DNA of 64,000 bases from Octopus vulgaris (lineage: Eukaryota): NCBI GenBank assembly GCA_951406725.2, contig OX597815.1:18104001-18168000 (forward strand), read 5' to 3'. The notes under the pieces are model-generated. The model was not told the DNA's origin. It worked only from the letters and a program-made list of their open reading frames with translations, and did not search any database. Positions 24,171 to 37,534 of the stretch are shown here, in pieces (position 1 is the stretch's first letter; each line of letters opens with the position of its first letter). The position numbers and the translations under genes are program-made.

Positions 24171-25265
24171 AGAAGTATTTTTTTTAGCAAGGCGGAAAGC
24201 TATCAGAACTGTTATGAAGGAAGACAAAATGCTTAGCAGCATTTCGTCCGTCTTTACGTTCTGGGTTCAAATTCCGCCGAGGTCAACCTTATCTTGAAAT
24301 AAGTAGCAGTTACGCACTGGGGTCGATGTAATCGGCAAGACTCCTTCCCCCAAATTCAAGGCTTTGTGCCTATAGCAGAATGGATTATTATTATTATTTA
24401 GCTGTTGTGTCAACAAATTCTGCCGATATTGCTAGCAAACAAAATTTGCCTTTTCTAATTGCATTTGAAGCCTGGGAAGTTGCATTATACGGGAAGTATC
24501 GGATTAGACAGTCGAGAAGTCTGTCAGAAGAAGAAACACGAATGAGAGAAAGCCTTACCGGCTAAATGTTCTTCAAATCATACCCTAGCATTTTAAAAAG
24601 GAGGGAACAGTCGATGGTTCTGCTCTATATTCATATCTGGGACACTTTTGATTGTAGTTATAGCTTTACGTGATCAGAGAAGGACTGGATTTGAACGACA
24701 ACAGCATAGGAAGGATAGATATAGTTGTGAAGAAATGTCGTCAACTGCATAGCCATCACCCATGTTAAAAGCTAAGCATTATTTTAATGATGGTTTAAGG
24801 CGGCGAGCTGGCAAAATCGTTGGCATGCTGGGCGATAGAAGTATTTTTAGCTGGCCTCTTACCCATAAAATCCCATATATCAGAAGGAATACAGCAGAAC
24901 TACCAGTATTTCTAAGAATGGATTTAGCATAAAGATACAAAATATTAAAGACAAAAAAATAAATAAAAATTAAAAAATGAACATTATTCAGAAGATTTCA
25001 CGCAGAAAGAATTAATAAAACTTGAGAATATTTAATCTGGCCTTGTGCCTACAGTAGAAAGGATTATTTTAAGGACAGTTAGAATCAGTAGAAAAAATAT
25101 ATAGTAAACCAAAACAGAGGGAAAAGACACAAACACACACACGCGCACATCCAAAACATAAACAAACGAATACACAAACAAACAAACAAACACACAAACA
25201 AACAAAAAGAAAAACAAAAGAGACATGATAATAAAACTTGTGGACCAGAAGTTAGGTCTTAGTTG

Positions 25266-25329
25266 GGATCTTTTCGGTTTGAACGGCAGTTTTTTCTAGC
25301 AGTGTCATATGAAATTGTCACCCACAATT
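25266..25329. mobile_element. Terminal fragment of the Merlin-like MITE
   Basis: TIR plus subterminal sequence, inverted relative to 20265-20328. Confidence 0.85.
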
Positions 25330-25403
25330 CAAAGATTTGCACCAGACACAAGTACGCATCTACAAAAATCTAAATACATTCAGTTGCATAAACACACTTG
25401 CCT

Positions 25404-25408
25404 GTATA

Positions 25409-25456
<48 letters not shown>

Positions 25457-25502
25457 CACATATATATATATGTATATATATATATGTATATATATATATA
25501 TG

Positions 25503-25550
<48 letters not shown>

Positions 25551-25674
25551 TACATACATATATATATATGTATATATATATGTATATATATGTATATATA
25601 TATATAGGTATATATATATGTGTATATATATATGTATATATATATATGTATATATATATATGTGTATATATATG

Positions 25675-25706
<32 letters not shown>

Positions 25707-25744
25707 TATATGTGTATATATATATATGTGTGTATATATATATG

Positions 25745-25776
<32 letters not shown>

Positions 25777-25806
25777 TGTGTGTATATATATATGTGTGTG
25801 TGTATG

Positions 25807-25837
<31 letters not shown>

Positions 25838-25843
25838 GTATAC

Positions 25844-25899
<56 letters not shown>
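25404..25899. repeat. (TA)n-rich microsatellite
   Basis: Direct reading. Confidence 0.98.
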
Positions 25900-25903
<4 letters not shown>

Positions 25904-26790
25904 GAACGCATACATCATATAAAGACTTAGACGTATGCGTAAATCTTTTTCTTAAGCTGATTTGGCTGCTGTCATTGCTATTTACATATTTTCTTGGAAC
26001 GGTTTTCTAAATAAAAAAAAAAAAAATAAAAAAAGACAACAGACAAAATCAAAGAAAGAGATGGAGAAAGAGCAAAGAAAGAGAAAAAAAAAATTGTTTG
26101 CCGAAGAATTGGTTTCGTAAATGTCATTAATTTAAGCACATTTCGATTAAATGGTTTGTGAAATTTGGTGATATATTTTCATTTATATCTCGAGGTAGAT
26201 TGTGAAAGAGTGGTTGGAATTTAATTTAAGACATTCTTTTATAGAATACACTTAAGCTAAACGAAAGAATTTCTCCATAGAACAAGGATGTATTGGAGAT
26301 ACGTGCAAATAACATTGCTTCTAAAATGAAGGGCAAGGACTTTGTTTAAAAAAGAGATAAAGAGAAGCGGTTGAGAAGTGGAGAGATAAGGGGAATATAT
26401 GAAAGAGAGGGAAAGAGGAAGATATGATAATAAAACACGTGCAAGCAAATGTGTGACGCTGAAGAGAGAGAACTCGCACATGCGCAGTAGGGTACATAAA
26501 CACAAACAGATTCAAAGATTTGCATCAAGGGTCACTATATCAAAACTGTCTTTATTTTTAAGACGGTAAAGTGTGGCTTGAGGAAGATTTAGCTGCTATT
26601 TCTGTCAGGACAAGTAACCATTTGCTCCCTCAGCTAGAATGGAAGTTGCGAATTATTTACATGAAAGAAGTCTCCAACACACACACACACACACACACAT
26701 GGGAATATGGATCAATGCATTACTGGTATTTTACTCATCCGCACTAGAAGAATGGAAACCAAAAAAAATAAATGATTAGATAAATGATTA

Positions 26791-27200
26791 GGCGCAGGAG
26801 TGGCTTTGTGGTAAGTAGCTTGCTAACCAACCACATGGTTCTGGGTTCAGTCCCACTGCGTGGCATCTTGGGCAAGTATCTTCTGCTATAGCCCCGGGCC
26901 GACCAATGCTTTGTGAGTGGATTTGGTAGACGGAAACTGAAAGAAGCCTGTCGTATATATGTATATATATATATATATATGTTTGTGTGTGTCTGTGTGT
27001 CTGTGTTTGTCCCCCTAGCATTGCTTGACAACCGATGCTGGTGTGTTTACGTCCCCGTCACTTAGCGGTTCGGCAAAAGAGACCGATAGAATAAGTACTG
27101 GGCTTACAAAAAAGAATAAGTCCCGGGGTCGATTTGCTCGACTAAAGGCGGTGCTCCAGCATGGCCGCAGTCAAATGGCTGAAACAAGTAAAGAGTAAAA
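26791..27200 (+). mobile_element. SINE family A, full length
   Basis: As in other A copies. Confidence 0.93.
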
Positions 27201-27339
27201 GATAGAATTAAAAAAATAAAAAAAACCTTGGTAGAATTCGAATTCGTATCTAATCTTGGATTCCACTGCCTCTGTTTCACTGAAACCTAGTTTATCGAAC
27301 ACAGAAGAGTGAAAAGCAAAATCGCAGGGAGAGGGCATG

Positions 27340-28992
27340 TAGATTACATCGATCTCAGTGCTCAACTGGTACTTAATTTATCGACCCCGAAAGGATGAAA
27401 GGATGAAAAGCTGAGTCGACCTCGGCGGAATTTAAACTCAGAACGTAAAGTCAGACGAAATACCTATTTCTTTATTACCCACAAGGGGCTAAACATAGAG
27501 GGGACAAAGAAGGACAGACAAACGGATTAAGTTGATTATATCGACCCCAGTGCGTAACTGGTACTTATTTAATCGGCCATGAAAGGATGAAAAGCTGAGT
27601 CGACCTCGGCGGAATTTAAACTCAGAACGTAAAGTCAGACGAAATACCTATTTCTTTATTACCCACAAGGGGCTAAACATAGAGGGGACAAAGAAGGACA
27701 GACAAACGGATTAAGTTGATTATATCGACCCCAGTGCGTAACTGGTACTTATTTAATCGGCCATGAAAGGATGAAAAGCTGAGTTGACCTCGGCGGAATT
27801 TAAACTCAGAACGTAAAGACAGACGAAATACCTATTTCTTTATTACCCACAAGGGGCTAAACATAGAGGGGACAAAGAAGGACAGACAAACGGATTAAGT
27901 CGATTATATCGACCGCAGTGCGTAACTGGTACTTATTTAATCGGCCATGAAAGGATGAAAAGCTGAGTCGACCTCGGCGGAATTTAAACTCAGAACGTAA
28001 AGTCAGACGAAATACCTATTTCTTTATTACCCACAAGGGGCTAAACATAGAGGGGACAAAGAAGGACAGACAAACGGATTAAGTTGATTATATCGACCCC
28101 AGTGCGTAATTGGTACTTATTTAATCGGCCATGAAAGGATGAAAAGCTGAGTCGACCTCGGCGGAATTTAAACTCAGAACGTAAAGACAGACGAAATACC
28201 TATTTCTTTATTACCCACAAGGGGCTAAACACAGAGGGACAAACAAGGACAGACATAGGTATTAAGTCGATTACATCGACCCCAGTGCGTAACTGGTACT
28301 TTATTTATCGACCCCGAAAGGATGAAAGGCAAAGTCGACCTCGGCGGAATTTGAAGGACAAGTAACCATTTGCTTCCTCAGCTAGAATACCTATTTCTTT
28401 ATTACCCACAAGGGGCTAAACATAGAGGGGACAAACAAGGACAGACAAACGGATTAAGTCGATTATATCGACCGCAGTGCGTAATTGGTACTTATTTAAT
28501 CGGCCATGAAAGGATGAAAAGCTGAGTCGACCTCGGCGGAATTTAAACTCAGAACGTAAAGTCAGACGAAATACCTATTTCTTTATTACCCACAAGGGGC
28601 TAAACATAGAGGGGACAAACAAGGACAGACAAACGGATTAAGTTGATTATATCGACCCAGTGCGTAATTGGTACTTATTTAATCGGCCATGAAAGGATGA
28701 AAAGCTGAGTCGACCTCGGCGGAATTTAAACTCAGAACGTAAAGTCAGACGAAATACCTATTTCTTTATTACCCACAAGGGGCTAAACATAGAGGGGACA
28801 AAGAAGGACAGACAAACGGATTAAGTTGATTATATCGACCCAGTGCGTAACTGGTACTTATTTAATCGGCCACGAAAGGATGAAAGGCAAAGTCGACCTC
28901 GGCGGAATTTGAACTCAAAAAACGTAGCGGCAGACGAAATACCGTTAAGAATTTTGCCCGGCGTGCTAACGTTTCTGCCAGCTCGCCGCCTT
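27340..28992 (-). mobile_element. SINE family B array of about nine ~183-bp units with a single head
   Basis: Eight junctions of the gaaatacc|tatttctttatt type; head at about 28940-28992; the 3'-most unit has an older-type tail. Confidence 0.92.
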
Positions 28993-29750
28993 ATCCAATT
29001 GTATTATTGATAAGAAGACTTAATTGATATCCTCAATACATAATTGGGAAGTATTTCCTTTTTATCAAACTTGAATGAGTGGAAGAAAATCACTTCGGTC
29101 GAATTTGAACACAGAACGCAGAGTCATAGCTAAATAATGCAATACCAAAACAATATTCATTTCTAATATTTATTCCGAACTTTAAAGCGGTGAGCCGGAG
29201 GAATCGCTAGCATGCCGGACAAAATGCTTAACACCATTTCTTCCATCTGTACATTCTGAGTTCAAATTCCTCCGAGGTCGACTTTATCTTTCAACCCTTT
29301 CGGAGTCGATAAAATAAGTACCAGCTGAGCACTGGGATCGATGTAATCGACTTAACACCTCCCTCGAAATTGCTGGCCTTGAGCCAAATTTTGAAACCAA
29401 TATTTGTTTCGAATTTTGACAGAAGTTTGGCCATTATTTTGACGGGGATCAAGTTAGTCGATGCTCTCCATCTCTGTACTTGACGACTGGAACTTTATTT
29501 TATTGACACCGAAAGGATGAAAGGTAAAGTTGACTTCAGCGGGATTTGAACTCAGAACGTAAACAGGTAGAAATACCACAAAATATTTTCCCCGACGGGC
29601 TGATGATTCAAATGATTTCGTATCAAGTTATTTTTGTTGCTGTTTCAATCCCAGGTCTACCTTGATTTGGGTAGCCTCATTATAAAAAAATTTATAAAAA
29701 TGCATACCGCCATGCCGATCTTGTCTGTTTTTAGCGGGAGGATATAATTG

Positions 29751-30180
29751 GAATCTTTTCGGTTTGAACGGCAGTTTTTAACATAATTTCTAGGTAACTA
29801 AAATATTTTAAACTTCGTATACTTGTAGAATGTGTTTATAAAACATTTTTTCTCTTGGCTTTATTGAGAAAATTCTATAGTTTGTAACATATTTGTTGTT
29901 TTTTTCTTCAATTTCTGCAATTTCAACCAATCAGTGACGTCTATTGAGTTAAAAATCATTCTGTGCCGTATGAATATTTCCCTCGTTTAAGAAACAGATT
30001 GGGTTTATTTACATTTGTGAAGAAAAAAAGATACCTTTCCCCCACCCCTAACCCTAACCCTAACTAACCCTAGCCATAAATGAGATAGAAATGCAATAGA
30101 TCGATTCTAGGGTCATAATTATGGGTGACAATTTCATATGACACCGCTAGAAAAAACTGCCGTTCAAACCGAAAAGATCC
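29751..30180. mobile_element. Merlin-like MITE, copy 2
   Basis: Same TIRs; TSD TATAATTG at 29743-29750 and 30181-30188. Confidence 0.9.
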
Positions 30181-30368
30181 TATAATTGATTAAATCGGCC
30201 CCACTCTAGTACTTTATTTTATCGACCTCAGAAATATGAACAGCAACGTTGACCTCATTGGGATTTGAACTCAGAAGAAAAAGGGTCGTAAAAAAAAAAT
30301 TGATCTATGCACTAGTTATTCTGCCTTTCCATCCCCATGTTATTCACCGCAATATTGCCAATGATGGA

Positions 30369-30969
30369 AGGTGGTGAGCTGGCAGAAACGTTAGCACGCC
30401 GGGCGAAAATGCGTAGCCGTATTTCGTCTACCGTTACGTTCTGAGTTCAAATTCCGCCGAGGTCGATTTTGCCTTTCATCCTTTCGGGGTCGATAAATTA
30501 AGTACCAGTTACGCACTGGGGTCGATGTAATCGACTTAATACGTTTGTCTGTCCTTGTTTGTTCTCTCTGTGTTTAGCCCCTTGTGGGTAGTAAAGAAAT
30601 AGGTATTTCATCTGCCGCTTCGTTCTGAGTTCAAATTCCGCCGAGGTCGACTTTGCCTTTCATCCTTTCTGGGTCGATTAAATAAAGTACCAGTTACGCA
30701 ATGGGGTCGATGTAATCGACTTAATCCGTTTGTCTGTCCTTGTTTGTCCCCTCTATGTTTAGCCTCTTGTGGGTAGTAAAGAAATAGGTATTTCAACTGC
30801 CGTTATGTTCTGAGTTCAAATTCCGCCGAGGTCGACTTTGCTTTCATCCTTTCGGTGTCGATAAATTAAGTACCAGTTACGCACTGGGGTCGATATAATC
30901 GACTTAATCCGTTTGTCTGTCCTTGTTTGTCCCCTCTGTGTTTAGCCCCTTGTGGGTAGTAAAGAAATA
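30369..30969 (+). mobile_element. SINE family B trimer
   Basis: Head plus three units; flanked by TATTG(C/T)CAATGAT. Confidence 0.92.
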
Positions 30970-31415
30970 TATTGTCAATGATAACAATACAAATTGTGGT
31001 TCCTTTTCATGTTGTGCAATACTTTGTAATAGATTTCAGTAAAAGTGCGTGCAATAGTTGTGTTTATAATGAAATAGCTGTCTAGTAAGAGCTGCGATCT
31101 TTGTAAGACATCAGTGTCAGATGATATCCTAAAACAAATCTGTAGATAACAATACGGGAAAGATATCTCTTGCACTTGAAACCCAATGTATACAGTAACT
31201 TAATTAATTAAACAGGATTAAAACAATCATACATGTTATCTCAATGACAGATTTACCGACTGTTTCAATAATATATCTGTTGATAGCTGAAAACTTAGCA
31301 TCAAGCAAATTAGCAGGATGTTCTTTATCTAGCGAAGTGTTTGAACCAAAGATCAGCATAAGATTATTAGAAGACTAGAAGAAACTTCATAGAAATTGTT
31401 CCTGCTAAAGATATA

Positions 31416-32007
31416 TATTTCTTTATTGCCCACAAGGGGCTAAACATAGAGGGGACAAACAAGGACAGACAAAGGGATTAAGTCGATTACAACGACCCCA
31501 GTGCGAAACTGGTACTCAATTTATCGACCCAGAAAGGATGAAAGGCAAAGTCGACCTCGGCGGAATTCGAACTCAGAACGTAGCGGCAGACGAAATACCT
31601 ATTTCTTTATTACCCACAAGGGGCTAAACACAGCGGGGACAAACAAGGACAGACATAGGTATTAAGTCGATTACATCGACCCCAGTGCGTAACTGGTGCT
31701 CAATTTATCGACCCAGAAAGGATGAAAGGCAAAGTCGACCTCGGCGGAATTCGAACTCAGAACGTAGCGGCAGACGAAATACCTATTTCTTTATTACCCA
31801 CAAGGGGCTAAACATAGAGGGGACAAACAAGGACAGACAAAGGGATTAAGTCGATTACAACGACCCCAGTGCGAAACTGGTACTCAATTTATCGACCCCG
31901 AAAGGATGAAAGGCAAAGTCGACCTCGGCGGAATTCGAACTCAGAACGTAGCGGCAGACGAAATACCGCTAAGCATTTCATCCGACGTGCTAACGATTCT
32001 GCCAGTT
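31416..32007 (-). mobile_element. SINE family B trimer
   Basis: Three units with fixed junctions; all share the GAATTCGAAC variant. Confidence 0.92.
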
Positions 32008-32465
32008 CCAGAATAATTTCTATATATACCTTCTGTGTGATCGACAAAGTGCCCTTCAGCCACTGTGTTACTAAAATGATACAATCCAGTACAAGTTGAT
32101 AATATTTCCAGGAGCTTTTGTATTTGTCTCTGTTCAGTTACGATCAGTTCAGACTGAGCTCTTTGCTGATGGATCATAAAGTGGAGGATAGTATTGTTCA
32201 TCGTCTGAAGAATCTGTTAATACATAGAGTTAAAGTCATCTAGCAAGCATTAAGTCGGTCGTTATCTTAGTGTGCAGTATGAAATTAATATCAGAAGTAT
32301 TTTTTTGTTTTTGTGGTTGTTGTTTCGTCTCAAGCCATTCCAAGATTAGCAGACTTTTGAACAATGTTATTCCAAGCATGGCTACCTCGTCATTTTTTTG
32401 GGACCGTATTAGCGAACATATCTATCTTTAAAGACAGTTGGGTGGAATTGGAGGACATTTAGCTA

Positions 32466-33040
32466 CCATTTCTTATTTCTTATTTCTTTATTGCCCACAA
32501 GGGGCTAAACATAGAGGGGACAATCAGGACAGACAATGGGATAAAGTCGATTATATCGACCCCAGTGCGTAACTGGTACTTATTTAATCGACCCAGAAAG
32601 GATGAAAGGCAAAGTCGACCTCGGCGGAATTTGAACTCAGAACGTAACGGCAGACGAAATACCTATTTCTTTACTACCCACAAGGGGCTAAACACAGAGA
32701 AGACAAACAAGGACAGACAAACGGATTAAGTCGATTATATCGACCCCAGTGCGTAACTGGTACTTATTTAATCGACTCCGAAAGGATGAAAGGTAAAGTC
32801 GACCTCAGCGGAATTTGAACTCAGATCGTAGCGGCAGACGAAATACCTATTTCTTTACTACCCACAAGGAGCTAAACACAGAGGGGACAAACAAGGACAG
32901 ACAAACGTATCATATCGACCCCAGTCCGTACTTATTTAATCGACCCCGAAAGGATGAAGGGCAAAGTCGACCTTGGCGGAATTTGAACTCAGAACGTAGC
33001 GGCAGACGAAATACCGCTAAGCATTTCGCCCTGCGTGCTC
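32466..33040 (-). mobile_element. SINE family B trimer
   Basis: Three units; tail extended as (AAGAAAT)n. Confidence 0.9.
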
Positions 33041-35090
33041 CTTTCAAAAGCAATACCGTAAAACATTTCCTTTTTCCAAACCCCTCTGGATTCTGCCAGT
33101 CCGCCATCTTCTTATTCTGTGTAATAATTCTTTCTACTATATGAACAAGGCCTGGAAATTGATGGTGGGAGCGCTAGCTAGTCGATTACATCGACCCCAG
33201 TGCATAATTGGTATTTATTTTAACCGATCCCGAAAGGGGCGAATGTCAAAGCCGACCTCGACGAAATTTGAACTCAGAACTCTAAGTCGGAAGAAATGCC
33301 GCCTAAGCATTTTGCCCAGCGTGCTAACGATTTTGCCAGTTCGTTGCCCTATTGTTCTATGTAATAATCATAATATTTATTCAATGATGTGACTGCATTA
33401 TAGGAATCCGTTCAAATTTACTATAAATGTGATGTGTATACACCCTGTAACAGAATGCTGCACATTTCTTATTATAATGTCTTCCAATGTATGCTTTTCA
33501 TCTCATGTTGGATCTACCGTTATTTAAGCTAATATTCATTGGTTTAACTCTTCCACAGATTGTTAATGCTGTCTTTTTATTTTGATTATTGTGATTCTTG
33601 CATGTTTTTTTTTGTATAAGAATTTAGAAACTTTTCTTCTTTTGAAGTTCACATCAGCATTTTCCAGAGATAAAAGTTTTTTGAAGTAATTAACCCACAA
33701 AGATGTCTTCAGATATGTGAAAGAAAATAATAGATGAGAGTAGATATGAAATATTGAAATTAGATAACTTCATGACACTTAAAAATCAAAGATGTGATCA
33801 CTGATAATATTTTCGCTATAGTGTCTTCGGTAAAACTTAGCATGTTTCGTTTCGTTTCTTGTTTTCGTTTTTGTTTTTCCTATTGTCATTTTCAATCACA
33901 ACCACTAAATCTATTGCTAGCATTATATTTTCTATCTGAAAAACACATATTATATATTCCATCTTCAAACGTAACGTATTCTGTATTAGACAGGTTATGT
34001 GAAAGAACTTTTAATGTTCTCTTTAAAAAGTTATTGTTCAAGACCCAACAATGAATTTATGCCATGAATTTTTCATATTATGTTTGATGTTCAATAAGGA
34101 TTATAATAAGGTAAAGAAATCTCACCTCAACAAATACAGTTGCAACCCACAACCATTCGATTGTTGTAAAATCTCCGGAAATTAAAGCAAGTCAATATAC
34201 ACTTGCTCGGGGATTTGAACTCAATAGACTTAACTTTATGAAAAACAGCGGTTCAGCAGAGAACTGTACTCGATGTGACCCATAATTCATACATATTTAC
34301 AACAAATTAGATCGAATCTTCGAGAGTTCATTTTTGGGGATATCCTAATCAGAGGATTCGATCCACTGATTCTTGTAATCTGACGCTGTTTACTCCGCAA
34401 CTTGTGGTTTAATTATCAAAATTTGCCCCTAATTGAGATCATATTGATTTATCAGAAAGACATGGATTTGGGGAAGGGTAAAATCAGTTAAATCAACCCC
34501 CGTACTTGAAGGCAGCGAGCTGGCAGAAACGTTAGCATGCCGGGCGAAATGCGTGGCCGTATCTCGTCTGCCGTTACGTTCTGAGTTCAAATTACACCGA
34601 GGTCGACTTTGTCTTTCATCCTTTCGGGGTCGATAAATTAAGTACCAGTTACGAACAGAACCCGGAACCATGTGGTATCTATTGAACTCGGAATCAAGTG
34701 ATATCAACGGCATAAGAACATAATAATAATGCAAGCACTACCATATATAATGTTGCTAATTAAGAAATATTTTAATGAAGATTTCACCCTTCTTGATGAA
34801 AACAACTATCATCTAAATCCTAGATTATCGGTGTTCACATAAAGGCTATTTTAAAGCGTAGTTTTATCATGAAGATTGTTAACAGTCAAGATCAACTATG
34901 ACGGACAGCCTACGACAAAGATGGTTACAAACATAAGAGACATAATGGCATGGCTGGAAATTCCTTTGATCACTGGTGTGCTCAAACAATATCGACTGGG
35001 AAGAGAAAGAAGCTGTTGCTTACAGAAATAAGTGATCATTTGCGTGATCTATTGACCTGTGAGAAATAGCATTCTAATCTCCTTTTAATT

Positions 35091-35475
35091 TATTTCTTTA
35101 TTGCCCACTGGGAGCTAAACATAGAGGGGACAAACAAGGACAGAAAAAGGGTTTCAGTCGATTGCATCGACCCCAGTTCGTAACTGGTACTTATTCAATC
35201 GACCACGAAAGGATGAAAAGCAAAGTCGACCTCGGCGGAATTTGAACTCAGAACGTAACGGCAAGCGAAATACCTATTTCTTTATTACCCACAATGGGCT
35301 AAATATAGAGGGGACAAACAAGGACAGACATAGGTATTAAGTCGATTACATCGACCCCAGTGCGTAACTGGTATTTAATTTGTCGACCTCGGCGGAATTT
35401 GAACTCAGAAAGTAACGGCAGGCGAAATACCGCTAGGAATTTCGCCCGGCGTGCTAACGATTCTGCCAGCTCGTC
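35091..35475 (-). mobile_element. SINE family B dimer
   Basis: Two units, one with an internal deletion. Confidence 0.88.
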
Positions 35476-37224
35476 GAAGGATATGACTGATTTTTTAAGC
35501 CTTGATTTAATATGGTCGAAAAAAATGTAAGGGATCATCGCAGCTGGAGCACCTTTCTCTGTTGACCAATGCTGACCTGAGGCTGCTCAACAAACATTAC
35601 ACGGCGTTGGGTAGATGAAAGTTTTGTGGCGGAAATTGTATGGAATCTTGTCTGATGAGATCATTGTTATTCTTGGGCGGTAGATTTAATCCGATATCTG
35701 GTTGCCTGGTTTTAACACCATAACGTGACCCGCGGGAACACTCTTGGGAGAAACGCTCTATTACAAATATTTAAACAGTATCAAGATATGAGTATAACTT
35801 CCGTCCATCTTCCACCACCCTTGGAGACATATAAAGTATCATGGAGACAACTGGCTGTCTTCTGATAAAACAATAAAGAAACTCTGCCACCACCGCCTAC
35901 TATAAAAACTAAAAAACGAAAAAAAAAAAAATAAAGAGAGACTCTGCCACCAACGCATAATATATAAAAGAAAATTGCTGTGTTTGATATGAAACGTGGT
36001 TATTCTGCACTTCAATTTTTATTTTTGCTACAAACAAAAGGCACCTAGTGTTGAGAAATAATTATATAATAAATGTTTTCTTCTCTAGTATCGGCTTTGA
36101 AAGAAATCCTATTTATAGAAAACATGTGATGTTGAATCATGGACTAATAATATTCGATTATGTCACACGTTTCCACATCAACACAATACACATTAACACA
36201 ATACACGTAATATTGGAACTCTGTGTGTCATCTGTTATTCGCTCGCTCGCTCGTACGCATGCGCGCGCATGCATTCAGAAAATAAAGGGATGCACACATG
36301 CATACACACACACATACATATACAAACACATGCGTACGCACAGAGGGTTGGTGAGTGGTGAGCATTTCATTGGAAGATTTCCAGATGAGTAACACTTAGG
36401 AAGTTGTTTTCTATACCCTACGCTTCCAAAGCCGAGAAAAGATTTTTCTGAAATCTTAACCATAGCAGCAGGTGGCGTGATGCGTCACATTGCGGTTAGA
36501 TATGCTAATTCATGTATTTTCGGTTTGTATCTGCTATTCACTTTGGTGTATGTTTGGTATTATTAGACAATCTTCAGCAATGTGGCAATATGTGACAAGG
36601 GAGTTTCTCATATAATGCAGAATGCGATCGTAAGGGATATTAGCATTGATCTGTTTGGGTTCCTCATCTCATTAGCCATAACATGCATCTTTCGTGCTAC
36701 ATAATGCAATCGGCAGAAATTCAGGTTATACAATTAGGAAGAAAGAGTGGCGAAGGTTTTTATACAAACTTACTAACAAAATAAATTCTTTGTATCAGTT
36801 GTTCAGCAACAACACTTTTTATTGTATCAAATCCTGCGGCGATTAAGTCAAAGCTAGTGGAATGGGCAAACGCAGTTAATGGAGGTTCTTCATCTGGGCT
36901 TTGCACATAGGCCATTTTTTTTAATATGCATCACATACATACATACATACATACACACATGCATACATACATACATACATATATAAACATACATAAACAT
37001 ATATATGCACATATGTTATTTAGAGATAGTAGTCCCCTTCATCACACCATATAAAAGAATTTTAATTTAATTTAATACTTACTACTCATTTCTCTGCTAC
37101 ACGTGTTTCTTGAGGTTCTTTTACGGTTCCTTAAGCACGCAGTGTTTTACAGGAACCTTTCTTAAAATGTAATCCAAATCATCAGGCCTCTAAATAACTT
37201 TATCATAGTTCGATACCAAATCTA

Positions 37225-37293
<69 letters not shown>

Positions 37294-37534
37294 GTCCACA
37301 TTCATAGACAAAATCATATTTATTGTACATTTAATAGCTTGTATAACTAATTTAAAACATCATTATACCTTTTTTTAATAAACGCAAAATAATGTCGATG
37401 TGAAAATATAAAAGTAGTTATATTTTAGGTTTTATTTCTCCGTGCGTCGAAAGAGGGGCTGATCGAATTAGTTTCTAGTCTTGTTAGATCTTCAGAGAAA
37501 CACTACCCAAATTCTTTCCATAAAAATAGATTAT

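Noticed and set aside
27340-28992. Regular ~183-bp array resembling CRISPR, a satellite or a retrozyme
   Set aside because: No unique spacers, eukaryotic context, and no hammerhead core found in either strand of the unit; the units are SINE bodies.
30045-30075. Interstitial telomere or chromosome fusion scar
   Set aside because: The CCCTAA repeats are internal to a TIR-bounded MITE present in three copies.
30608-30796. Recurrent ORFs containing RPRKDERQSRPRRNLNSER
   Set aside because: Antisense translation of the SINE-B core.
36463-36480. CTCF-like motif GCAGCAGGTGGCG
   Set aside because: A single short match is expected by chance without ChIP or conservation data.
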